From Azolla caroliniana (taxonomy: Eukaryota; Plantae; Polypodiophyta): a stretch of DNA of 64,000 nt. A model generated the notes under the pieces. The model worked only from the letters and a program-made list of their open reading frames with translations. It was not told the DNA's origin and searched no databases. This document shows positions 11,790 to 23,126 of this stretch, in pieces (position 1 is the first letter of the stretch; each line of letters begins with the position of its first letter). The stretch is from positions 7,874,001-7,938,000 of the forward strand of contig JBHGNT010000022.1 in NCBI GenBank assembly GCA_043228905.1. Direction: 5' to 3'. The position numbers were made by a program, and so were the translations under genes.

Positions 11790-14700
11790 CTCGCCCCCTC
11801 CGAACCCGCACATCCTCCGGTATGTGCCGAAGTTCTCGATTCCTCATATCCGTCTTCACCCAAAGCTTCCTCCGATTCTCCCCTTATGTCGACTATGAGT
11901 TGTAATTCACTTTCTTCGCTTCCCGCATCACCGTGGTCTTCGTCCGATTGCTCCTCATTGTCGGCCTTGGCTTGGATCACATAGGGTTTGTCGTCGGTCC
12001 GCTTCTTGAAAATCTTCACCCGCTTCCCGGCTATAGGCACTCGTAGTATTGTTCCATCCAACTCGGACAGTCGGTACGTTGCGTTGTCGAAGACTTTCCG
12101 AACCTCGTATGGCCCGAACCACCTTTTCACGAATTTCCGCATCGTTGTATGTTGATGGTCCAAACTACTGTCATAGACGATCACCCAATCTCCTTCTTCA
12201 ATCCTCCTCGGTCGTAGTCGGTGCTTTGTGTCGAACCGGCTTTTGTTCCGAAACCGTGCTTCTTGTTGTCGGCGTATTGCTTCCGCTATGTCTGCCGGTC
12301 TTCCCTCTAGTTGTCGTATCCGAACTGCTAGTAGTTCTTCCCGGCTCATCTCTTCCTTCCACGGTAGCACTGTCCATGTTGCGATCGCTGTTTCCGTCGG
12401 CATTACCGGTGCTTGTCCGGTCATGAGTTCTGCCGGCATGTAACTGGTTACGGAACTATGCGTCGTCCGATCCGCCCATAGTGCATACGGAAGCATCTGC
12501 GGCCAGTCCTTCACCTTTCCATCGCATGCCTTCGCAAGTGCTTTCACGATCGGACTATGTCCTCGTTCGATTTTCCCATTGGCCTCCGGATTGTATGCCG
12601 TTGTCAACGATAACCGAACTCCGTGTTTGGCGAAGAATCCCCTAGCTTTGTCCGAGTCGAGTTCTCCCCAGTCCGCAATCACTTGCCCTACCCACCCGTA
12701 CCTGCAAAATACTTCCTCCAAAAGAAATTGGCATACCGCGGAACATGTTTTCCTCTGAAGCGCTCGACCTTCTACTTGATTCGTGAGATCTTCCCAAGCT
12801 AATACCAAGTATTTCTTTTGTCCGATCCCGGTCGGCATGGCCACTATGTCGACCATCCACTTGAAGTTGATTGTCGATGAGAATGTCGGATGTAACTCAT
12901 CTCGATGCCGAACCCCGGAGTAGACTTGACATTTCTCACAGCTTTCCGTCAACTCCGCGACATCTTTGTACATTTTCTTCCACCGATATTTTTGCTTGAT
13001 TCTTCACAAATGTTGCCCATGTTCCTCGGTGTCCAGCCCAATCGGATTCGTGAAACTCGGACATTATCCGGTTTCGTTGCTCTTTTGTCCCGACTACTCG
13101 AAGTGGTATACCATCCGGTCTTTTCTGCGCCCTCCATATTAATCCGTTTTCCAAGAAGAACTTTTGGACTTGCCTCTTCTTCCTTCAGATCTTGGCTCTT
13201 CTTCCTTTATCGTTTGTTGAATCCTCGGCCTCTTGTAACATCTTTCCGATCATCAAGCTTTCTCCCTCGTATTCTTCTTCCTGGAATTCTCGGATTACGT
13301 TCATTCGGCATATGTGCTCCGACGCGAAGTAGTCTTCAGAAACTTCTTCATTATCCGATTCGGTTATGTCGTCTCCGAACCGAGCCCTTGGTAACATATC
13401 CGCTACCGCGTTGTCCTTCCCCGAGATGTGTCGAACCTCCGGATTAAGCGATTTGACATATGCAACCCACCTTAGCATAGCTACATCCGGTATCGTACAA
13501 CACCGCATCATCTCGAGTATCGGAAGACAATCCGTCTCGATCACCACTTCGGCTCCGATCAAATAATCCCTATCCGATTTTATCGCCGACACGACTCCCC
13601 ACAGTTCTGTTTTGACTTGTGCATATCCACGTTGCCTTTCGTTGAGAACCTTTGCTCTGAATCGGATCGGATATCGCGAACCATCCGAGTCGGCTTGATT
13701 GATGACCCACCCGATACCGGTTGGACTTGTATCAACCGTTACTATGATCAGTCGGTCGTAGCTCGGCTTCTTAAGTGCTTCCGCCCTCCGAGGTGTCTTC
13801 TTCAATTTCTTCATGGCTTTGGTGTGTTCCGGTTTCCATTCGAATTTCTTACCTTTCCGCAACAAGTGGTAGAGCGGGTCCGCTATATGTGCATAGTGCG
13901 GAATCCATATGTGATAGAATGCACATGCACCGAGAAACCTTCGGACTTCGGATGTTGACTCACATACTTCCTCCATAGCTTGAATCACATCGATCTTTGT
14001 TGGTGACAGTCTTCGGCCGTAGGGCCCACATAGATTTCCGACCACCAATATTTCTTCTTGCCCGAATGCCGACTTCTCCCCGGAAAGTGTTAGGTGCACA
14101 TCTTCTAGCTTTCGCAACACTTTCTTGTAATCATGAATATGGTCGACCACGAACTTTCGGCATCCCCGATCATCCATAGTCTCATCTTTTTCTTCTACCG
14201 CGCATCCTTTCATCGGAATGTTATCGAGGAACGACATCGTTATCTCTGGAATGCAGTCTCGAAGCACCTTGTTCATCGCGTTCATCATATGAGCAACCGA
14301 GTTTGTCGCTCCTTGTGGTAGTCTGCACATTCGGACTAATCCTATCGGTGTTCGCATGGTTGTGATGTCTCGGCTCTCCACGGCTAGTTGGAATTGGTCA
14401 TACCCCGAGTATAGGTCTCCGATGGAGTATATCGCACGACCGGCAAAAGCTTCCGCAAATTCGTCCACTATCGGACCGACTCCCGAGTTCCAGATCGTGA
14501 CCTTATTCACCGGTTGCAAGTCTTGGATAAATCGATTCACCGGGAGTGACCCATTCTTCTTCGGAACCGTAAACCATCGATTTGAGTACGGAGCAGTTGA
14601 TGGCTCTATAATCCCCATCGCCACCTTCTCCTTGAGCAAGTCAATGACTTTCGGAATATGCGCTCATGGCACCGAAATCGGCTTCAGGTTCCACGGTACA

Positions 14701-17405
14701 TGGTCAATCGTGAAGATCACCATCGGCTCCACTATTCTCGGATCAACGCACCCTATCTCCCTTGATGTAAATGCAAACGCTTTGTCGTGTTGCTCCAACA
14801 TCTCGCGAAACTGTTCTTCTTCTTTTTGTAATAGGAACCCACCTCCACCGATCCGAAGTTTCTTCCGGGTCTCATCTGTGAAGGCATGTCCGATATCCGC
14901 GGACTTCTGAAGTATCGGATCTCCCGAGACTTCTTTCCTCTTTTGTTCGCTATCGGCGGGTAGTGGTACCGCGGCCGGTTTCACCTTCTTCTCCATGGTC
15001 TTGTATTTTGTACTTACCATTGCTTCTTCTTTGCGGAGCGTATCCAGCTCCATTTTCGCAATGATCTCGTACATCTCGACCGATTCCACCGGGACTACCC
15101 GGTTCCCTTGGCTTTTATCTTCCGCTAGCTCTTCAAGTCGTTGTAGCGTGCTCCCATAGAACACTTCTTCGACTATCCCCACGATTTCTTCATCTTCTTT
15201 TATTATTGATGACGACCGCAACTTATCCTCCACTTTTCGGTATCCTTTCTTCAATCCTCCGGTCACTGTCGTGTACGTAGATGCCCCATCCGGACCGATT
15301 CGTACATGTTTTGCTCGGAGAGTTTTCTTCCTGTGTGGGGTATCAGGGCTTCTCGGACTATCACTTCCCCACTCTACAACAGTCCGCTTAAAAAATCCAT
15401 TCTCACTTGGGACAAGAGTTCCCTCTTGTTCCTTTCGTGATTTGCCGGCACCGTTAGGATTTGGACGGATTTCCCACCGTTTTGGCTCCGAATTCACGCA
15501 AAAGCCGCACCGCTATCGAGCACCTTCATCTCCATCCGTGATGCCGTGATAAAGGGTTGGCCGAGGATGACGGAATGTGAACCCTCATCTTGCACGAAGA
15601 AATTTTGGTCGATCTCGACATCCCCGATCGTCACCGTCACATCCGGACAAGCCGCAAATAGATCTTCTGTTGCTTTGGTGGCCGCCCGAATCTTCCATCC
15701 ATGGTTGGTGTTAATAGGCCACTTCCCCTTCCGGTAGAACTCCTTGGACATCAAGTTGATCTCTGATCCGTGATCAATCAATGCTAGCACGGGTTCTTTG
15801 ATGTTGCCGATTCGGACCGGAGTCTCCGTAGTCGCGCGTGCCCAATGTGGCCTTGTATAGTGGGAGTTTGGAATTTCGTCCTCCACTTCGGTGTCGTTCA
15901 TTAAAACGGTGTTCGCATTCACCCTTGGAGCATTTTCCTCCGTACTTTGTCCTTTTCGCTTCACGAGATCCACGAGAAGATCGTGGAACTCCTTCTTTGC
16001 TATTCCGAGTAGATCCCGAAGCGAGAAATCCACCCGGCTATCCAAGATCCTTTCCTTGAACACTCTTTTCAAGTCGGTTTGTTGTTCTATGTCCGAGGCG
16101 AGCTTGAATGCCGGAGTCGCCTTTTCTTTTCCCTTACCTCTGGAGTTCCAGCTTTCCGGTATCTTTGATGGCCCGGCCGCATCCTCCATGCGTCGTCGTT
16201 TCTCGTCCACATACACCTCATGCAATTGACACAGGGCACTCCCATCCCGTAGCTTCCCGGACGCCTTCCGCGGTGCTTCGGATCTCGTTGGAGTCGGTTT
16301 TCTCGGTGTTTTCTAGAACTTCTGGCCAAAAAGATGTCTTTGCTCTCGATGACTCCCCGACACATATTCCCACGGTTGTCGCATAGTTTCTTCTTGCCGC
16401 CAATTCCTCCTCGAGCACCTTCTTCATGCCGCCTTTCCGGAAGTTCGGTCGGAGTGGCTTCCGAGAGTCCATCGAACGAATCCGGTTTCCCTCGTAGTAG
16501 ATGAGATCCCGCCGTAGCGCCTCCTTATGCTTGTCGCAATCCCTCCGATCGTGTTCGGCGCTATCGCACCATATGCACCGTCGGTCCGTATACTTGGAGT
16601 TTGTGGGGCGGTCATCCGACTTCTTCATCATTGCGATCTTCAGATTCTCCATCTCCTTTAATAGTTCCTCCACCGTAGATGCATCAATCCCCTTCTCGAT
16701 TGTAGTCTCCCGAGCCCTCAGTTGATGGTCTTCCAATCCGGTTCTCGGTTTCGGAATCGGTTCCGAAACCCTCTTTTCCTCGTTGGCAAGCCATTGCCCC
16801 CTCTTTGTGTATCGCGCGACGATATCCCGCACGCTTTCCCATGTTTCGGTGAGGCCACTCTCCGTGGTCGTGTCCTCCAAGAGCACTCCGAGATCTTTCC
16901 GGTCCCGGACGTCCACGGCTCGCAAGAACATGATCACCTTGTCCGATACGAGGATAGCTTGATCTCTCGCGGACAACCTCCCGAACCGGCTTTCGAATGC
17001 CGAAAACACATCAACGACCTTCAATCCCTTGTCCGGCGTCTCCACCCAATCTTCGAATCCCCTTCTCGTCGCCTTGGAGGAATCCTCAATGGCGAACGTC
17101 CTCTTTAGCTCTTCTTCAAACGCCTCCCATGTCGGATTTTGCTGTCGTAGCCCATGGATGCTTGCTTGAAGCCCGTCGGTCGCCACCCGGTTGACGGACG
17201 TCACTTGCAGTCCTTCCAATATTCCGCACCGTAGCATCTCCTCCTTGTAATCCCGAAGATACCGCGACACGTCTTTCCCGTTGAATTGCCCGTTTCGTTG
17301 CACGAGCCGCTCCACTGATGCCGATATCTCCGACATCGCGCGTTGTTCTTGTAGCATGCGCTCGAACATCATCATCATGTTGCTAGCCTCCGGTTGATTT
17401 TCCAT
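11747..17405 (-). pseudogene. Element D gag-pol, split into six ORF segments
   Basis: gag FNGKDVSRYL with knuckle CIWCDSAEHDRRDC; protease ALIDHGSEINLMS; RT DLYSGYDQ / PQGATNS / FLDN; RH TVDTSPTGIG, ETDCLP; IN H...H...CEKC, WMVDIV, NPEANGKIERG and GPY module WFGPYEV. Confidence 0.9.
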
Positions 17406-17422
17406 CTCCTTGCCACCCGGTT

Positions 17423-17440
17423 TTCACGTCGGGTTCACCA
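17423..17440 (-). promoter_or_regulatory. Primer-binding site complementary to tRNA-Trp
   Basis: The plus strand reads TTCACGTCGGGTTCACCA, which I recognise as the 3' end of plant cytosolic tRNA-Trp(CCA); it lies 4 nt from LTR-c. Confidence 0.8.
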
Positions 17441-17444
17441 ACTG

Positions 17445-18216
17445 TGTCGCGCCTTTCGGCTCTGAATCGTTGCATGAGTCGGGTGGGAACCACTAAGGTT
17501 TTGGACTAGGAGAAAGAAGAATATGAGATGAGGCTAGTAATGAATAGATTATTAGAAAGAGAGATAGAAATTTCGTGAATCCCACGAGTGTATTGTATTT
17601 GATTAATCAATATTTAGATAAGAATATGTATTTAGATTGAAAGAAAGATATAAGAAACTTGTAAATCCCACAAGTATAGATTATATTATTTTCGTGAATC
17701 CCACGATTATATGAATCGGTTGGTGTTTTCGGAAATATATCCAATTTCCAAATATTTCACACACCTTTTACATTGTGCTCCTCATCCTTATATAGAGATG
17801 AGAGAGTCTTTTCCAACCCATGCGTTTTCTCTAACTATAGACTCCATGCTTTTTGTATAGATAGACTATATGCTTTATCTAAAGTGATCATGCTTTTTCT
17901 AACTTGTGCGTTTTTTATCAACTATAGCGTTCATGCACGCTAGATGTGCATGCGTAGCTTTTTCTTTTAGCATGCGTTTTCTTTTAACTAAAGTTTATCC
18001 TAGGTGAACTAAGCTTTCTATGTGGAACATCTATTTTTGAACACTAATGAAATGCTAGTGTAATGGTAAGACATTACATTATTAACATGGAGGTGCAAGG
18101 TTTGAATCTTGCCCTACGCATGTTATATACATTTTAATATTTTCTACTATTTATTCATATTTATTAAATCGGTACTTTATAATTTTTTCAAGTAGTGTAC
18201 GAAATACACTACGACA
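17445..18216 (-). repeat. LTR-c (5' LTR) of element D
   Basis: Adjacent to the PBS; body matches LTR-b, while the last ~105 bp differ from both other LTRs. Confidence 0.95.
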
Positions 18217-21200
18217 CCGTGAGCACCATAGCCAGGAAGCTTCAACTCTGACAGGAGTTGAGCAACCTACGACAACCCGACTTGTCGGTGGCGGACTATA
18301 CCTCGAAGATCAAGGATATCTGCGACTCCCTCGCCTCCATAGAGGTGAACATCGAGGAGAGCGAGATGGTCCAGATCTGTCTCGGAGGTTTGGCGTCGAA
18401 GTTCGGAGCATTCCGGATGGCTGTGTGTACCCGGGAGAATACGTCGTCCTTTTTTGACTTACAGTCAATGCTCCTGGTAGAGGAGAACCACGCGGGTGCG
18501 TCTAGATGCACACACACCGACAGCAGAATGTTGTACACGGAGGGAGATAGGTCCCGTGGACGTGGAGGACGAGGCGAGTCGGCGCACAATGGAGGCGGCC
18601 AACGAGATCAAGGAAGAAGGCACCGAAGTGATGCCGACAGCAACTCCGAACCCTCCGGAAACAGGGGGAGTTGAAGCGATGAGAACTGGCAAGGGAAGGC
18701 CATCGCGGAGTGTTGGTACTGTGGCAAGAAAGGCCACAGGGAAAGTGAGTGTTGGAAGAAGCGCGCCGATTCGGAGAGAACTGATTCCGGAAATGGCTCC
18801 GGACACACCGACAAGCGAAATCGGCAGCGATCGCACTACGCCGAAGACTCTGGGAGAGCCGGAGAAGGGTCTGCCTTCGTGACGAAACACAAAGCAAACT
18901 CAATGAAACAGACCACCCCGAGATCGGACGAGGTGTGGTACGTAGACTCCGACGCGTCAAACCACATGACGAGCCATAAGGAGTGGTTCTCGTACCTTGA
19001 AAAACCGATACAACTTGGAGTAATCACAACTGGAGACGACACTCCGCATCTGATCGCGAATATCGGAGAAGTTCCCCTTAGCCATGTCGGGCAGAAAGGG
19101 AAACTCATGAACGTGTTGCACGTTCTGACAATCATGAAGAACTTGGTCTCGGTCGGACAGATCGTTGACCAAGGGATGGAGGTTTGGTTTACACACCTCG
19201 GGTGCTTCATTGAGGAAGAAGGCCGTGTGATTGCGCAAGGGCGCAGAGACGGGAGGATGTTCATCCTTGACTCCACTGACGGCGGCACCGCAATGTTCGC
19301 GAAGGGAAGAAAAACCGAATCAGACATCGACTTGTGGCACAAGCGGATAGGCCACGTCAACTACCAGCGGCTTCAAGATCTGCAATCGAAACAGGTAGTG
19401 TTCGGATTGCCCAAATTTAGTGGCCGAAAGGCACAAATTTGTGAAGCTTGCCAGCTCGGGAAGCAACACCGACTTCCTTTCCCCAACGAGCGAAACCGAA
19501 GCCGGAACAAGCTCGACCTTATACACTCCGATGGATGGGGGCTGGCACAAAACATTAGTCTTGGCGGGAGCCGATATTTCGTCTCCTTCATCGACGACCA
19601 CACGTGACACACGTGGATCTACCTCATTGAGAGGAAGAGCGAAGTCTTCGACTGCTTTCGGGACCTCAAAGGGTTCGTGGAAACGGAAACGAGACGAAAG
19701 ATCAAGTGCCTGCGGTCGGATGGCGGGAAAGAGTACTTCTCCGGTCAATTCAACGGCTATCTACAACAAATGGGAATTCAGCGCGAATTCAGTTGTGGCC
19801 GAGAGGAAGAATCGGTCAGTTGTGGAAGCGGCACGGGCAATGCTGGAGGAGAAGCGCTTGCCCAAGTTCTACTGGGCCGAGGCGGTAAGGACCGCGGTAT
19901 ACATCCAGAACCGGATCGGAGACAAAGTGTCGGCGCACGAGCTATATTTCGGAACGAAGCCGAACTTGCGACACTTGAGGGTGTTCGATAGCATTGCGTA
20001 TGTGCATGTACCGAAGGAGAAAAGGAGGAAGATGGATGCAAAGGCCGAGAAATGCATCTTGGTCGGTTACTCGGACGAGCAGAAGGGTTATAAGTGCTAT
20101 AACCCTCGCACCAAACAAGCGCGTGTTAGCCGCGACGTTGTGTTTGACGAGTCCGCGTCCTGGTACTAGCCCCCGACTCTGAACCCCGACTCCAATCCAA
20201 GCTCTGACGATGAGGTCAGCGAGGCCGAGATGCCTCTGGATGAGCCCGAAATCGAGACCTGCGAAGAGAGTCCGATTTCACTCCGTTTAAGCGGACCAAT
20301 AGGATGACTGAGTCGGTACGACCAGTCCGATGAAGAGCCGGCGAGTAGTGGAAACTCGGCCATGCATTCCCCGCGCAGGAAGCCGAGGAGACGGCTTACG
20401 CGCAAAGAGAAAGGGAAGAAGAAGGTGTCGGATTCCGGCACAGAAAGGAACGAGTCAGACCGACGCGAGTCCGACTCCGAGGGAACCGGTGACGGGTCTT
20501 TAAAGGTGAAGTCCACGTCGACCGAGAAGGCCTCGACATCGGCTAATGCGAGGTTACGCCAATCTACCCGCCAGAAGAATCTTGTTTTGCGGTTCGGATA
20601 CAACGAGTACATGGCGCATCATTATGCGTACATGACCCATGTAGCGGAAGTGCATGAGCCGGAGAGCTACACAGAAGCGGCTAAAGACGCGAATTGGAGT
20701 GCCGCAATGGAGGAAGAGATGCACGCATTGGCGGAGAACGAGACCTGGGACCTGGTTGACGCACCAACAGGGGTAAAACCGATTGGGTGTAGGTGGGTGT
20801 ACAAGGTCAAGTACAACACCGATGGCTCCGTTAACCGGTACAAGGATCGGCTAGTGGCAAAGGGCTATGCGCAGAAACACGGCATCGACTACGATGAGAC
20901 GTTTGCGCCGGTCGTGAAAATGACGACCGTCCATGTTTTGCTCGCAGTAGCTGCGGCGAAGGGGTGGCACTTACATCAGATGGATGTAAAGAATGCATTC
21001 TTGCAAGGTGACCTTGAGGAACAGGTGTACATGGTACAACCCCTCGGATTTCACTCAGGAACGAACTCCTCGGCAGTATGGCGACTGAAGAAGTCCCTTT
21101 TACGGACTGAAGCAAGCCCCGCGTGCCTAGAACGCGAAGATCACGCAACAACTGCGTCGGATGGGCTTCGTCACGTCAAAATCGGACTCTTCCCTGTTCA

Positions 21201-22741
21201 TCCGGAAAGGTCGACTCGGACCGGTTAGTATTTTACTATATGTTGATGACTTGGTCATCATCGGCGCCGACCTAGGTGAAATCGACCGCGTGAAGCTCCA
21301 GCTTGCGGCATCGTTCGAAATGAAGGATCTGGGGGACCTTCAGTACTTCCTTGGGATCGAAGTGATCCGTACCCCCGAAGGCATATTGATCAGCCAACGT
21401 CATTACGTGTTGAATATGCTCTTCAAATTCGGGATGGCCAACTGTAAGTCCGTCTCGACTCCTCTGGACAGAACCGTCAAGCTTCGTCCCGATACGGGAA
21501 AGGTATGCGACGCGACGAGGTTCCGACAAATTGTCGGAAGCTTCATATACTTGACCATCACTCGGCCTGACCTCAGTTATCCGGTCGGAGTGCTCAGTCA
21601 GTTCATGGCGCAACCTACCAAGGAGCATCTTCAGTGTGCGCAACGCATACTTCGGTATGTCAATGGCACTAAGGACCGGGGACTGCTATATCGAACCGGT
21701 GAAGCCGCGCAGTTAGTCGGCTACACCGATGCTGATTGGGCTGGCACCGCCGCCGATCGCCGATCCACGTCTGGATACGCGTTCTCCCTCGGGAGTGCCG
21801 CAATCGCGTGGAGCAGTAAGAAGCAGCCAACAGTTGCACTATCGAGCACCGAAGTTGAGTACCGAGGAGCGGCTGTCGCGACATGCGAAACCATATGGTT
21901 GAAACGACTACTTAAGGACCTGCAAGAGGAGGTGTTAGATCCGACGACGATCTACTGCGACAACCTCAGCAGCATCCAGCTCGCGAAAAACCCCGTTTTC
22001 CACGCACGGACCAAGCACATTGAGGTGCACTACCATTTCGTCCGTGAGCATGTCCTTTCCGGTGAAGTCGAACTTCAGTACGTTCCGATGGATCGGCAGA
22101 TTGCCGACATCTTCACTAAGCCCCTTGGTCTGGACAAGTTGCGGCAATTCTCCGGTGCGCTCGGATTGCGTCACCTCGACGTGCCAAACTTGAGGGGGAG
22201 AACAGTCCCGAATGACCAAGCAAAGCAGCAGGAAAGGAGCGGAAACCGCAACACCGAGTCCGTTGACTCGGTTGTTGACTCGGTTGTCGAGTTCGACTTC
22301 GGATCGGCTGACGAAGCTGAGGGCAGAGCCGCAGAAAAGTCTGGAAGCGGACAGAAGGGGAGCAGCCGAAGGAGAAAGCCGAAGCCAGCCATTCATGGGG
22401 AAGATGACGCCATCGAGGGCGAGAAAACCGAAGACGAGTTGGAGACAGCCAACTCGGATGAGAGCGAAAACCGATCGGAGGTAGCCGAGTTGGTTCGGAT
22501 GTTTGATTCAGATACACTGAATCAACCGAGGCCCAAGCGGAAGAAAAGGCAGCAGGAGAAGCGTCAACACCGCAACAGCAGAAGAGCTGATAAGGGCCAC
22601 GTGAGCAGACAAGCCGACTGGAAGGGTCGAAGCGCGCGGAGTCGAACAGGTCGAGGAGCGCGAGCGAGGCGTGAAGCCAAGAGGAACCGGAGTTGTGAGC
22701 CCGAGGATCCCGAAGAGCCTCGAGTTGAGCTTGAGGGGGAG

Positions 22742-23126
22742 TGTTGAGAGACAAGCTCAACATCGGCCAGATCGGCTGAAGAAGCCGAGGACCAGATCGG
22801 TTAGGCCGAGTGCGTAAACCGGGAGGCCGTTAGGAAAGATATTCCGTGAGGAATATATTTGGGAGTTAGTGTAGGAGCTCTTAAAGAGCATTGAAGTACG
22901 GTCAGTACTTCGGTCAGTCCTTCGAGGACTTGTATAAAAGTGTTCATGGAACACACATATGTATAGAGTGTGGTGAATAGAGATTTTAATATAGTTCTTG
23001 TGTTTTCTCTCTCTCACTCTCTCTGTCTCTCCCGTGTATACTGCGTAAGCTCAAGCTCTCCATTAAACCTGAGTGTTCTTCCTTCTGTTCTGTCTTCATA
23101 CTTGCTTCCGCACGCTACTTTCTACA
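22742..23126 (+). repeat. 3' LTR of element C
   Basis: After the PPT; few differences from the 5' LTR, mostly transitions. Confidence 0.95.

Larger units (their letters stand above)
10314..18216 (-). mobile_element. Ty3/gypsy element D (fungal-type, Ylt1-like non-chromovirus) with three LTRs
   Basis: LTRs 10314-11006, 11013-11789 and 17445-18216. 4-bp TSD CCGC/CCGT. PBS 17423-17440; PPT 11790-11802. Order gag-PR-RT-RH-IN on the minus strand. Confidence 0.92.
10030..22747 (+). pseudogene. Element C gag-pol (10030-10313 joined to 18221-22747), disrupted
   Basis: gag MASSLPTEKLDRTNYASW...KIFAA|STIARKLQL rejoins in frame across D. Knuckle CWYCGKKGHRESEC, protease WYVDSDAS, IN LIHSDGWG/LRSDGGKEY, RT LLYVDDL, RH DADWAG...ARTKHIEVHYHF. 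Confidence 0.92.
9547..23126 (+). mobile_element. Full-length Ty1/copia element C (same family as A), interrupted in gag by element D
   Basis: LTRs 9547-9945 and 22742-23126. TSD ATATC (9542-9546 and 23127-23131). PBS 9946-9957; PPT 22730-22741. Confidence 0.95.

Noticed and set aside
15494-16225. Programmed frameshifts between the D ORF segments
   Set aside because: There are several breaks with other lesions and no clear slippery site, so they cannot be distinguished from decay without other copies.
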